A stretch of 64,000 bases of DNA. Origin: Anaerolineae bacterium. Its GTDB lineage: Bacteria; Chloroflexota; Anaerolineae; B4-G1; SLSP01. Below the pieces are notes generated by a model, which saw only the letters and a list, made by a program, of their open reading frames with translations, had not been told where the DNA came from and ran no database searches. Both the position numbers and the translations under genes were made by a program. Positions 29,360-38,968 of this stretch are shown here, piece by piece (the stretch's first letter is position 1; every line of letters begins with the position of its first letter). The stretch lies in contig JAFGFI010000143.1 in NCBI GenBank assembly GCA_016931185.1, forward strand, positions 5,987 through 69,986. The letters are read 5' to 3'.

Positions 29360-31071
29360 GTAATCTATTCCCCAAGGAAATCAAAGACCTTACATCAGAG
29401 ACAGAGGCCCCCAAGGATTTTATTCGTCAGGCCGTGGAGGAAGATTTGCGTACAGGTCGGTTTGATGGACGAGTCCATACCCGTTTTCCTCCAGAGCCAA
29501 ATGGTTACCTACACATTGGCCATGCCAAAGCGATCTGCATTGATTATGGCATTGCGGAGGACTATGGTGGCAAGTACAACTTGCGTTTCGATGATACCAA
29601 CCCGGCTAAAGAAGAAGTAGAATATGCCCAGTCAATGATCAAAGATATCCACTGGCTAGGGTTTGATGTAGGGGAACACAACATATTTTACGCCTCGGAT
29701 TACTTTGAGCAGATGTCTGTATGGGCTGAGGAACTGATCGAGAAAGGGTTAGCTTATGTGGATGACCTCAGTCCTGACGAAATTCGCGAGTACCGGGGCA
29801 CATTAACCGAACCGGGCAAAGATAGTCCTTATCGTAATCGTTCAGTGGAGGAGAATTTAGACCTTTTCCGGCGGATGCGGGTGGGTGAATTCCCGGAAGA
29901 GTCGCGCGTATTGCGGGCGAAGATTGATATGGCTTCTCCGAACATTAATTTGCGTGACCCGGTGATGTATCGCATCTTGCACCGCGCGCATTACCGCACT
30001 GGGGGAGCGTGGTGTATTTACCCGATGTATGATTGGGCGCATGGATTAGAGGATTCTATTGAGGGCGTTACTCACTCGTTATGTGATCTGGCTTATGAAG
30101 ATCACCGTCCGCTTTATGATTGGTTCCTGGACCAATTGGGCATTTATCACCCGCAGCAGCTCGAATTTGCACGTCTGAACATGACCTATACAGTGTTGAG
30201 CAAGCGGTTCTTGCTACAACTGGTGCAGGAGGGGCATGTACAAGGGTGGGATGATCCCAGGATGCCTACGTTGGCCGGATTGCGGCGGCGTGGGTATACT
30301 CCGGAGTCGATCCGCGAATTCTGCCAATTAATCGGGGTGGCGAAGGCAAATAGTACCGTCGATTATGCAATGTTGGAGTACACAATCAGGGAGGACTTGA
30401 ATGAACGCGCACCGCGCGCGATGGTTGTGTTAGATCCGGTCAAAGTAGTGATTGACAATTACCCTGAGGGGCAGGTGGAATGGTTTGATGCAGACAATCA
30501 TCCACAAAGGCCGGAGATGGGCACTCATAAGATGCCTTTCTCCCGCGAAATTTACATCGAACGCGAGGATTTCATGGAACATCCGCCGCGCAAGTATTAT
30601 CGTCTGGCGCCGGGGCAAGAAGTACGCCTTAAGCATGCTTATCTGGTTACATATCGGGATGTGCTGAGGGATGTCGCGGGGAATGTTGTAGAAATTCATT
30701 GTACTTATGACCCGGCTTCAAAAGGGGGTGAAGCCCCAGATGGTCGCCGGGTGCGAGGAACGTTACATTGGGTCTCTGTACCGCACGCGCTGGAGTCTGA
30801 AGTACGGGTATATGCGAATCTCTTTAGCAAAGAAGATCCTTATGATTTACCTGAGGGTGGATCGTTCATGGATAACTTGACCCCGGATTCGCTGATCTTA
30901 CTAAAAGGATGTAAAGCTGAACCTGCATTGGCCGAGACCCAGGTATTTGACCATTATCAATTCATGCGTAAAGGATACTATTGCACCGATCCTGACACGA
31001 CAGCAGAAAAACTGGTTTTTAATCAAACCGTGGAACTGCGCAGTTCGTGGGATAAGATGAGCAGGGGGTAA
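29356..31071 (+). CDS. glnS: glutamine--tRNA ligase
   Basis: [10 protein letters not shown]...[44 protein letters not shown] is near-collinear with E. coli GlnRS. HIGH motif and VLSKR motif present. ATGA overlap with the GH130 gene. Confidence 0.95.
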   Translation: MSNLFPKEIKDLTSETEAPKDFIRQAVEEDLRTGRFDGRVHTRFPPEPNGYLHIGHAKAICIDYGIAEDYGGKYNLRFDDTNPAKEEVEYAQSMIKDIHWLGFDVGEHNIFYASDYFEQMSVWAEELIEKGLAYVDDLSPDEIREYRGTLTEPGKDSPYRNRSVEENLDLFRRMRVGEFPEESRVLRAKIDMASPNINLRDPVMYRILHRAHYRTGGAWCIYPMYDWAHGLEDSIEGVTHSLCDLAYEDHRPLYDWFLDQLGIYHPQQLEFARLNMTYTVLSKRFLLQLVQEGHVQGWDDPRMPTLAGLRRRGYTPESIREFCQLIGVAKANSTVDYAMLEYTIREDLNERAPRAMVVLDPVKVVIDNYPEGQVEWFDADNHPQRPEMGTHKMPFSREIYIEREDFMEHPPRKYYRLAPGQEVRLKHAYLVTYRDVLRDVAGNVVEIHCTYDPASKGGEAPDGRRVRGTLHWVSVPHALESEVRVYANLFSKEDPYDLPEGGSFMDNLTPDSLILLKGCKAEPALAETQVFDHYQFMRKGYYCTDPDTTAEKLVFNQTVELRSSWDKMSRG

Positions 31072-31074
31072 ATA

Positions 31075-32169
31075 ATGTCCGTGAGCATATCTGATATGTT
31101 TGAAAGATCAGGGCGGCGTCCGCTACGGGTGATTAACAGTGTCGCGCCTATTCGTATCTGTGATAATGGGGGATGGACGGATACCTGGTTTGCGGAGTAT
31201 GGCAAAGTTTTTAATATCGGAGTTTATCCTTACGTAGAAGTACAGATCGAAGTTTACCCTTATGAGCGCGGCGAGGAACGTATTATTTTGTATGCGGAGA
31301 ACTATGGGGAACGATACGCGGTTCACCCTGAACAACCGGGATGGGATCGGCATCCGTTGTTGGAAGCAGCAATAGAACGGATGGGGGTACCAAAGGGATA
31401 TGCTATCCAGGCGACAATTTTTTCAGAGGCGCCTAGTGGATGCTCAACCGGGACCTCGGCAGCGGTCGCGGTGGCTCTGATCGGTGCCCTCGATCGCCTC
31501 ACTCCAGGGCAGTTGAGTTTGCATCAGGTGGCCTATACTGCACATGCCGTCGAAGTGGAAATGCTAAAACAGCAATCTGGAATTCAAGATCAGCTTTGTT
31601 CAGCTTATGGGGGTATTAACTATATTGATATTTTTAAATATCCTTATGCGTCGGTCTCTCAAATCTATGTATCTAATGCGATTTGGTGGGAATTGGAACG
31701 GCGGTTGGCATTAATCTACCTGGGCAAATCGCACGTCTCATCCCATGTTCACGAGAAGGTGATTGCAGAGTTGAAATCAGAGGGACCGGATACTTCACGC
31801 TTACAGGATTTGCGTAAAACGGCGGAACAAGCCCGCGATGCAGTCTATGCTGGAGATTTTGTAGCATTGGGACAATCTATGATTGAAAATACTGCTGCAC
31901 AAGGACGGTTGCATCCTGATCTGGTTAGTCAGGATGCATTAAAAATTATTGAGAGTGCTAAGCGCTATGGTGCAGTGGGCTGGAAGGTCAATGGCGCTGG
32001 TGGTGAAGGTGGGTCGGTCACTATTTTAGGTCCTGCGCTTTCTTATACCAAGCGAGAAATGCTGCGGGAGATTGAAACTGCCAACCCGTTATTTAAAAAC
32101 ATTCCTGTGTATCTGAGCCGGTATGGTTTACGGATCTGGGAGCAGGAATGGAAGCATAAAGGGGGTTGA
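31075..32169 (+). CDS. GHMP-family sugar kinase
   Basis: GHMP motif EAPSGCSTGTSAAVAVALIGAL and C-terminal GAGGEGGSV. Starts 3 nt after the glnS stop. Confidence 0.8.
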   Translation: MSVSISDMFERSGRRPLRVINSVAPIRICDNGGWTDTWFAEYGKVFNIGVYPYVEVQIEVYPYERGEERIILYAENYGERYAVHPEQPGWDRHPLLEAAIERMGVPKGYAIQATIFSEAPSGCSTGTSAAVAVALIGALDRLTPGQLSLHQVAYTAHAVEVEMLKQQSGIQDQLCSAYGGINYIDIFKYPYASVSQIYVSNAIWWELERRLALIYLGKSHVSSHVHEKVIAELKSEGPDTSRLQDLRKTAEQARDAVYAGDFVALGQSMIENTAAQGRLHPDLVSQDALKIIESAKRYGAVGWKVNGAGGEGGSVTILGPALSYTKREMLREIETANPLFKNIPVYLSRYGLRIWEQEWKHKGG

Positions 32170-32179
32170 TACAATCAGG

Positions 32180-32230
32180 GGTATTTTCTGTCCCCGGATG
32201 AGTCCGGGGACAGAAAATACCTCCTTTTCT
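32180..32230. terminator. perfect 19-bp hairpin between convergent genes
   Basis: Stem ggtattttctgtccccgga (32180-32198), loop tgag, stem tccggggacagaaaatacc (32203-32221), then TCCTTTTCTTT on the plus strand. Confidence 0.65.
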
Positions 32231-32263
32231 TTGCAGCTTTCAGAGCATGAGTCGAGTGCTGCG

Positions 32264-33238
32264 TTATTCGACGATAAACGCCAGTTCAAAAGTTCCGTTT
32301 GTTACCTCGTTGAATGTCTCCTGGATAACAGCTGCTTGTTGCCCGGTTTCTAGCCACTCCTTTGTTCGCTTGTTGGGCGCTGCGACTGTTAGTTTGGAGG
32401 CGGTGAGATCAAGACCACGGGTGGGTTTTAAAAATTTGAATTGGCTGCTGCGCATCTTGGGTTCCAGTGCTGTGAGTACTGTCTCCCATAATTTCTCTGC
32501 TGATTGTGGTGTTGTGGCAGTAGGGGGGCTTGTAGGAGCCAGATCGGCTGGTGATATAACGGTTGCTTGATATGTTGTTGTTTCAACTGGTGGGACATCG
32601 GCTATTTCAGGTGCCAGCATACTCAAGGGGAGTGGAGGAACGCCAGCGAGGAGCCGTTCTAGGACGGTCGTAAAACGGGCTGATTTGGGAAGGTGGGTCA
32701 TCTCTCGCCCCAATTCGATCCAGGCCTGGATTGCGCTTATTTTGTTCTGCCTCGTGGCAGTTTCTAATTGTTCTGGGTCGGGATTTGTATCCATCTCACG
32801 GGCGAAGTCTTTTAAAATTTGGAGCGCTTGGGTGAGTGTAGGAGATACACTGTGTGAGGCGGGAGGCGGCGCTGGTGCTGAGACGGGTTTAGGTGGAGCC
32901 GGGGGAAGTTCGGTATCAATATGAGAGGTGTCCAGGACAAATTCCATATTGAGTGTGTAGAGAGTTTGTTGTCCTATCCGCCGCCGGAGGAGATAACCCA
33001 TCGCTAAACATTCCTCCACGGCGCGTTCCAGGGTGGTTGGATCCTCAATCCCCGTTTTTTCTAAAAATTGGGCCTGATCCAGACGATTGACGTTTCTGCC
33101 CCAACCCCAGGTATGACGCAGTGCGACACAGAGTACTTTCCATGCATCTGAAGATAATGTGGGCATAATGTGGTCAAACAGGGCATTATGAACCAGGGTA
33201 GTATTACGATAGGGATTATCAAAGATAGAATAATTCAT
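32264..33238 (-). CDS. chimeric protein: N-terminal replication-organiser-like winged helix, Pro-rich linker, C-terminal DnaA-domain-I-like module
   Basis: ATG 33238 follows TAAGGAGAAAA. The N-terminus FDHIMPTLSSDAWKVLCVALRHTWGWG...QAQFLEKTGI...AVEECLAMGYL resembles phage Rep-O/DnaD-type wHTH. The C-terminus LWETVLTALEPKMRSSQFKFLKPTRGLDLTASKLTVAAPNKRTKEWL resembles the DnaA N-terminal domain. Confidence 0.6.
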   Translation of the reverse strand: MNYSIFDNPYRNTTLVHNALFDHIMPTLSSDAWKVLCVALRHTWGWGRNVNRLDQAQFLEKTGIEDPTTLERAVEECLAMGYLLRRRIGQQTLYTLNMEFVLDTSHIDTELPPAPPKPVSAPAPPPASHSVSPTLTQALQILKDFAREMDTNPDPEQLETATRQNKISAIQAWIELGREMTHLPKSARFTTVLERLLAGVPPLPLSMLAPEIADVPPVETTTYQATVISPADLAPTSPPTATTPQSAEKLWETVLTALEPKMRSSQFKFLKPTRGLDLTASKLTVAAPNKRTKEWLETGQQAAVIQETFNEVTNGTFELAFIVE

Positions 33239-33248
33239 ATTTTTCTCC

Positions 33249-34406
33249 TTACCAGTTCGTATAGGAGCTATCGCGGCGGCGCAGGTGGGGAGCTTCCCAG
33301 AATTTAAAAGCTTGTGCTTTAAGGTATTCTTCATTACATTCGATGCCTAATCCGGGAGTGTTGGGTACCGGGAAACGTGTGCCCTGTAGCTTATGTTGTA
33401 TGGGAAAAATTTCCTCATCGGGATAAGATTGGGCCTCGGTGGGAGAGACTCGCACTTCTTGCCAGGCGAAGTTAGGCACTGCAGCCGCCAGGTGGATGGT
33501 CGCCGCAGTACAGATAGGACCGAGGGGATTGTGGGGCATTAAGTCAATGTAATGGGTTTCGGCCCACCCAGCGACCTTTTTGGCTTCAGTAAAGCCGCCG
33601 ACGTTACAGACATCAACGCGGGCAAAATTGGTCAACCCTCGCTCAATGTAGGGCAGGAATTGCCACTTGCTCGCAAATTCTTCCCCAATAGCAAAGGGAA
33701 TGTCTACCATTGTGCGCAAGGTGGCGTATGCTTCAGGGGATTCGTCACGGATAGGCTCTTCGATGAAGTCGAGTGTGCCCGACGGCATTCGTTGACAGAA
33801 GGAAGTGGCTTCTGCTACGCTCAGGCGATGATGGTAGTCGATGCCTAGCACCGGGCCTAGTCCCACTGCCTCACGGATTTTGATGAACCATTCGGCGGTG
33901 AGGCCGATGGACTCACGGGGTTCAAAAATCCGGGGATCTCCCCAATCAATATGGGCTGATCCCATTCGGATGACGTTCCATCCTTTTTCTAATAGCAACT
34001 TTACGTTTTCCAGCAATTGTTCGTAGGTTGGAGATCCTGTAGTAGCGAAGCAGGGGATATAATCCCTATGTTTGCCGCCTAACAATTGATAGACCGGAAC
34101 ACCGAGTACTTTACCAACGATGTCGTGCAATGCAATGTCAATAGCAGAAATAGCGGCAGTGAGTACACGTCCTCCTTCGAAGTATTGGCTGCGATACATG
34201 CGTTGCCAGAGTGCATCGATGTTCATAGGACTTTCGCCCAGAAGAAATTCGCGGTAGTGGTTGACTGCGCCGGCAACCGCCAATTCACGACCTGATAATC
34301 CGGCCTCACCCCAACCAGATACGCCTTCGTCAGTTTCAACTTTGATGATACACTGATTGCGGTGACCTATCCAGACGGGGTAGGTTTTGATATTAATGAT
34401 TTTCAT
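33249..34406 (-). CDS. enolase-superfamily sugar-acid dehydratase (D-galactonate/D-mannonate dehydratase family)
   Basis: MKIINIKTYPV...IKVETDEGVSGWGEAGLSGRELAVAGAV...AISAIDIALHDIVGKVLGVPVYQLLGG. ATG 34406 follows GGAGG. The upstream 81 codons of the ORF were rejected. Confidence 0.9.
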   Translation of the reverse strand: MKIINIKTYPVWIGHRNQCIIKVETDEGVSGWGEAGLSGRELAVAGAVNHYREFLLGESPMNIDALWQRMYRSQYFEGGRVLTAAISAIDIALHDIVGKVLGVPVYQLLGGKHRDYIPCFATTGSPTYEQLLENVKLLLEKGWNVIRMGSAHIDWGDPRIFEPRESIGLTAEWFIKIREAVGLGPVLGIDYHHRLSVAEATSFCQRMPSGTLDFIEEPIRDESPEAYATLRTMVDIPFAIGEEFASKWQFLPYIERGLTNFARVDVCNVGGFTEAKKVAGWAETHYIDLMPHNPLGPICTAATIHLAAAVPNFAWQEVRVSPTEAQSYPDEEIFPIQHKLQGTRFPVPNTPGLGIECNEEYLKAQAFKFWEAPHLRRRDSSYTNW

Positions 34407-34682
34407 AGCATTATGCCTCCAGTAGATTTGAAAGTGTGTAAGTACTTGTATAGTAGCAGAATCTTGGCAAACTGTCCAGATGTGAAAAATGGGAGTAAAA
34501 TAAGTAGAGGAAAACGAATCAGGAGGTTCGTAACCGATTGCAAACAGCAAATATAAAGACGCAAGTTGTGATTTTGCAGAATGGAGAAACGTATGAAGTG
34601 ACTTCGAGAGGAAAATAGTTATTGTGAGTGTGTGGGGTGAAGATCTCACGCAAAGATTTCAAAAATTCTAAGGAGTCTATAT

Positions 34683-36032
34683 ATGCAGAAGAAGATTGTT
34701 TTAATTGGAGCAGGGAGTGCTCAGTTTGGATTTGGGACAATGGGCGATATATTTCAGAGCCAGGTGCTGGAGGGCAGCCACATCGTCTTACACGATATTA
34801 ACCCCACTACGCTGCACCGGGTGGAGGAAGTTGGGAAGCAATTTATTGCTGAACATAACTTGCCCTTCGTCTTATCGGCCACGACCTCGCGGGCCGAGGC
34901 CCTGGAAGGGGCTGATTTTTGTGTTATCTCTATTGAGGTGGGAGATAGGTTTGTCTTGTGGGAACAAGATTGGCGCATCCCACAGCAATATGGAGTGCGC
35001 CAGGTGTATGGGGAAAATGGTGGGCCTGGGGGATTATTTCATTCGCTGCGTATTATTCCTCCTATATTGGAGATTTGCGGGGACATTCAAAAACTTTGTC
35101 CAGAGGCATACGTGTTTAACTTTAGCAATCCGATGAGTCGGATTTGTACCACGGTGCATCGTAAGTATCCTGAGTTGAAGCTGATTGGCCTGTGTCACGA
35201 GATTATGTCCCTGCCACGTTATCTGCCGAAAATATTGGAGATTCCGTATGAAAAACTCAAGACACGCGCGGGAGGATTAAATCATTTCAGTATACTACTT
35301 GAAGCTACTTATATAGATAATGGTGAGGACGCTTATCCTGATATTCGCGCAAAGGCCCCGGCATATTTTGAGCGATTGCCCGGCCTCGGTGATGTGATGG
35401 ATTATGTGATGAAAACTGGAAAACGGCCGGAGTCGGAAGAGGAGCTATTAGATATTCCATGTACTGAATTCTGGTCGGAACGTGGTTTATTCAAAATTAT
35501 TTTAGAGGAGCTCGGCTATCTACCTATTACAACCGATAGTCATTTCGGTGAATATGTTCATTGGGCTTACGAAGTGGTGGATCACAAAGGGATCTTGGAT
35601 TTCTACAATGCATACAAGGGTTGGTTGGCAATGGCCGAACCGAAAATTGAGTTGAAGCTATCTGAACGGGTGGTGCCAATTATCGAAGGCATATTGACGG
35701 ATGCAGGGTATGAGGAAGCAGCCGTCAATATCCCAAACACTGGCCTTATCGCCAATTTGCCCTCGTGGTTAGTGGTGGAGGTTCCAGCAATTGTGGATAA
35801 AGAGGGTATTCATGGTGTCATATTGGGGGAATTGCCAAAGGGGTTTGCGGGATTGCTCTACAACCAGATTGCCGTACACGATATGACTGCCGAAGCTGTA
35901 TTGACCGGCTCTAAAGCGGCCGTGAGACAAGCCTTGTGGGTTGATCCGATTGTAGACAAATATGCAGCTATTGAGGATTTAGTGGACACGATGTTGAAAT
36001 TACAGTCGGATTATTTGGGGTACATTAAGTAG
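34683..36032 (+). CDS. glycoside hydrolase family 4 (NAD/Mn-dependent alpha-glycosidase)
   Basis: N-terminal Rossmann motif KIVLIGAGSAQFG, and conserved NFSNPM and IGLCHE motifs. Confidence 0.88.
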   Translation: MQKKIVLIGAGSAQFGFGTMGDIFQSQVLEGSHIVLHDINPTTLHRVEEVGKQFIAEHNLPFVLSATTSRAEALEGADFCVISIEVGDRFVLWEQDWRIPQQYGVRQVYGENGGPGGLFHSLRIIPPILEICGDIQKLCPEAYVFNFSNPMSRICTTVHRKYPELKLIGLCHEIMSLPRYLPKILEIPYEKLKTRAGGLNHFSILLEATYIDNGEDAYPDIRAKAPAYFERLPGLGDVMDYVMKTGKRPESEEELLDIPCTEFWSERGLFKIILEELGYLPITTDSHFGEYVHWAYEVVDHKGILDFYNAYKGWLAMAEPKIELKLSERVVPIIEGILTDAGYEEAAVNIPNTGLIANLPSWLVVEVPAIVDKEGIHGVILGELPKGFAGLLYNQIAVHDMTAEAVLTGSKAAVRQALWVDPIVDKYAAIEDLVDTMLKLQSDYLGYIK

Positions 36033-36058
36033 CTTAGAAGTGTGTGTTAGAGCAGTTA

Positions 36059-36122
36059 GACAATGAATTGGCGTAAGACGTAAAAATCACTTGCACTTTA
36101 CGTCTTACGCGACTATGAATTG
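36059..36122. mobile_element. 40-bp palindromic insertion flanked by a 12-bp direct repeat
   Basis: Perfect 14-bp stem gcgtaagacgtaaa/tttacgtcttacgc (36071-36110). Flanked by GACAATGAATTG (36059-36070) and GACTATGAATTG (36111-36122), 11/12 identical. Confidence 0.5.
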
Positions 36123-36318
36123 CTAAGAAACATCCCCGGTTTCTTGCTGAAAGTAGCCGTCTGTTATGTAAGGCGACCGGGGGTGCTCAGATGAAATACG
36201 CCCAATCAGATGGTGTCATTTTTGACTTTAACTCTATTTATGATATTCTACAGATACTTGGTGACATTTCAGTAAATTTTTTATTTATTGCCACGATATT
36301 GTTGGACTAGAGGTAAGT

Positions 36319-37035
36319 GTGAGACAGAAAGTTAGTGTTTTGGTTATTGATGATGATCAAGAAGTTTTAAATTTATTGAAGATTACGTTGGGTGTGTATG
36401 GATTTGAAGTAATTACTGCTAAAGATGCGATTATGGGAATGCACGCTGCATATCAGTATCATCCGGATGCTATTCTTCTTGATGTGATGATGCCCAAAAT
36501 CGATGGTTTTGAAGCCTGCCGTCAGTTGCGTAGTATGACGTCTGTCCCTATTATTTTTGTAACCGCGAAAAGCCTGATAGGAGATGTCATTAAAGGTTTT
36601 CGAGCTGGGGCTGACGATTATGTAACCAAGCCTTTCAATCATGAGGAGCTGTTAGCGCGGTTGAAAGTTTGTTTACATTATGCTGTAAAAGATCAGAATG
36701 ATTATCAAGGCTTCTTTGAGACTGGGTTTGAGGATTGGCAAGTTGAAGATGACCGCCATGAAATTATTATTAAGAACCAGCTCATTTATTTACCACCGAA
36801 AGAATTTGAGATACTCCGGTATCTTATACGACATTTAGGAAGGGTTTTATCAGCGGATGCGATTCTAAGTAATATTTGGGGACCTGAGTATGTAGGAGAT
36901 CGCAATATGGTTAAGCAGCACATATATCGTTTGCGGCAACTTATTGAACCCGATCCAAAGAAGCCTATCTATATACGTACTGCTCCTGGAGAAGGATATT
37001 ACCTGGATGTTGACTATGATTGTAAATCTGAATAA
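36319..37035 (+). CDS. OmpR/PhoB-family response regulator (tandem copy 1)
   Basis: Intact receiver (VIDDD, LLDVMMP, FVTAK, VTKPF) plus winged-helix output (IYRLRQLIEPDP...IRTAPGEGYYL). GTG start. Confidence 0.9.
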   Translation: MRQKVSVLVIDDDQEVLNLLKITLGVYGFEVITAKDAIMGMHAAYQYHPDAILLDVMMPKIDGFEACRQLRSMTSVPIIFVTAKSLIGDVIKGFRAGADDYVTKPFNHEELLARLKVCLHYAVKDQNDYQGFFETGFEDWQVEDDRHEIIIKNQLIYLPPKEFEILRYLIRHLGRVLSADAILSNIWGPEYVGDRNMVKQHIYRLRQLIEPDPKKPIYIRTAPGEGYYLDVDYDCKSE

Positions 37036-37047
37036 CAGGAATATACC

Positions 37048-37761
37048 ATGAATCAAAAATTTCTTATTTTAGTGGTGGACGATCAAGAAGAAGCGTTAGA
37101 TATGTTGTCCATTATGTTAGAGGGACAGGGTTTTGAGGTTGTAACATCGAAAGATGCCATCTCTGGCTTGCGAGCTGCTTTTCGCTATCATCCCGATGCG
37201 ATTCTTTTGGACGTGATGATGCCCGAAGTGGATGGTTTTGAAGCATGTCGTCGTTTGCGTGAAATGACCGCGACTCCGATTATCTTTGTAACCGCTAAGG
37301 GAACGATAGAGGATGTGATGGAAGGATTCTCGGCTGGCGCCGACGATTACATTATTAAACCTTATAACAAAAATGAATTATTGGTGCGGTTATGGGCTTG
37401 TTTGCGGCGTGCTAAGCGCAATGAGGATCGGAGTGATGGTATTATTATCCCACAGGGGATTCGAGGTATGTTGGATCGTGACCGGCATGAACTTATTATT
37501 AATGGTCGTAGCGTTTATCTAACGCCCAAAGAGTTCGAGGTGATGCATTATCTAATTTCACATATAGGGAAAGTATTGCAACCTGATGCGATTCTCAATT
37601 ATGTGTGGGGAGGAGAACGGATTGGCGATCCAGATTTAATTAAACAATATATTTATCGTTTGCGTCAAAAGATTGAAACCGATCCTGATAACCCCAGATA
37701 TTTGCATACAGTGTGGGGAGAGGGGTATTATTTTGATGCTATTGATGTTGAAGAGGTCTAG
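37048..37761 (+). CDS. OmpR/PhoB-family response regulator (tandem copy 2)
   Basis: About 55-60% identical by eye to copy 1. All phospho-acceptor residues present. Confidence 0.9.
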   Translation: MNQKFLILVVDDQEEALDMLSIMLEGQGFEVVTSKDAISGLRAAFRYHPDAILLDVMMPEVDGFEACRRLREMTATPIIFVTAKGTIEDVMEGFSAGADDYIIKPYNKNELLVRLWACLRRAKRNEDRSDGIIIPQGIRGMLDRDRHELIINGRSVYLTPKEFEVMHYLISHIGKVLQPDAILNYVWGGERIGDPDLIKQYIYRLRQKIETDPDNPRYLHTVWGEGYYFDAIDVEEV

Positions 37762-37813
37762 CTGCTCAGGGAAGAATTCCTTTCATTAGTATGTGTAATA
37801 GGATGTATGTTGG

Positions 37814-38527
37814 ATGAAGAAAAAAATTTTGGTTATAGATGATGATCTTGCGTTGTTAACCATGATGAAGATTGTTTTGCAGAAAGATGGATTCGAGGTG
37901 GGCATTGCATCCAATGGTAAAGACGGAATCCGGGCCGCTTATGAAACTCGTCCCGATGTGATTGTGTTGGATGTGATGATGCCTGAGTTAGATGGCTGGC
38001 AGACATGTCAGCGAATTCGTAATATATGCGATACCCCTATTTTAATGGTTTCTGCTAAAGCCGTTACGCACGATGATACTATCAAGGGTATTATGTTGGG
38101 TGCTGATGATTATCTTGTTAAGCCTGTGAGTATGGATGAATTGAAAGCGCGAATCCATGCAATTTTGCGACGTCTTTCATCAGAACAACGGGCATGGAAA
38201 ACAATATATAATGATGGAACGCTTGAAGTGGATCTTTCCCAGCAGATAGTTAAGAAACGTGGCGATGTTGTTGAGTTAACGCCTACTGAACAGCGTTTAT
38301 TTATGTATTTGGTGAGCAATAAGGGGCGGGTCATTCCACACCAGGAGCTTTTAGTTAGCATTTGGGGAATAGAATATACTAAGGAGGTTGGATATTTAAG
38401 CGTGTATATTCGCTTTTTGCGTGAGAAGCTTGAAGACAATCCCGCTAGGCCGGTTTATATTCGGACGCGTTGGGGGATGGGGTATTATTTTGCAGGCGAT
38501 GCTACTGTTGAAGATATAAAAGTTTGA
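37814..38527 (+). CDS. OmpR/PhoB-family response regulator (tandem copy 3, more divergent)
   Basis: Motifs LVIDDD, VLDVMMP, MVSAK, LVKPV, and winged helix YIRTRWGMGYYF. Confidence 0.9.
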   Translation: MKKKILVIDDDLALLTMMKIVLQKDGFEVGIASNGKDGIRAAYETRPDVIVLDVMMPELDGWQTCQRIRNICDTPILMVSAKAVTHDDTIKGIMLGADDYLVKPVSMDELKARIHAILRRLSSEQRAWKTIYNDGTLEVDLSQQIVKKRGDVVELTPTEQRLFMYLVSNKGRVIPHQELLVSIWGIEYTKEVGYLSVYIRFLREKLEDNPARPVYIRTRWGMGYYFAGDATVEDIKV

Positions 38528-38546
38528 TTTAGGTATTATTTTCAGT

Positions 38547-38574
38547 GCCTCCCTAATTTAGGGAGGCTTTTTTT
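38547..38574 (+). terminator. canonical intrinsic terminator after regulator 3
   Basis: Stem gcctcccta/tagggaggc, 3-nt loop, then a run of 7 T. Confidence 0.8.
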
Positions 38575-38605
38575 GTCTTTAACGTGTTGACATTTATGTT
38601 TTTCC

Positions 38606-38719
38606 TACATGTAACCTAAGTTGCTACCTATTACGTGAATTTTTTTTCGCCCCATAGGGGCGAAAAAAAACACCCTTTTCCCTTCCGCTACCACAGGGTA
38701 GCAACTCGCGTTACATGTA
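38606..38719. mobile_element. MITE-like element A1 (core 38614-38711) with an 8-bp flanking duplication
   Basis: Core starts ACCTAAGTTGCTACC and ends GGTAGCAACTCGCGT. Perfect direct repeat TACATGTA at 38606-38613 and 38712-38719. Internal hairpin T8-cgcccc-ata-ggggcg-A8. Confidence 0.7.
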
Positions 38720-38968
38720 AACGTGTGTTGCGTTTACCGTTGATTTTTCACTGAGTGTTACGATAGTTTAAAGAATTTTGTTACTATAATCAGACTATTT
38801 TGGCATAGAATTAAAAAAAGATGCTTACCGGAAACTGTTTCGCATTTCTGTTGTGTTGTTATTGTGATGATAAGCGATATGCATCAATAAAGCATGATCT
38901 GGCTATTTGATACTTTCTGATGATATTTAGGATTGTTTCGGATGGCAATTGTGAGGAGGTAGGACATT

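Noticed and set aside
32264-34406. Prophage or integrative-element remnant around the Rep-O/DnaA-N-like gene
   Set aside because: No integrase, att-like repeats, helicase/primase or structural genes are nearby. The neighbours are ordinary sugar-metabolism genes.
34407-34649. N-terminal extensions offered by the ORF track (dehydratase 34649, rnc 53940, radical SAM 11768, GH51 309, sigma 52045, permeases 43018 and 45103)
   Set aside because: Internal starts have good Shine-Dalgarno sequences and coincide with the conserved family N-termini. The extensions run through a terminator (11842-11877) or repeat arrays (53940-54044), or overlap upstream genes.
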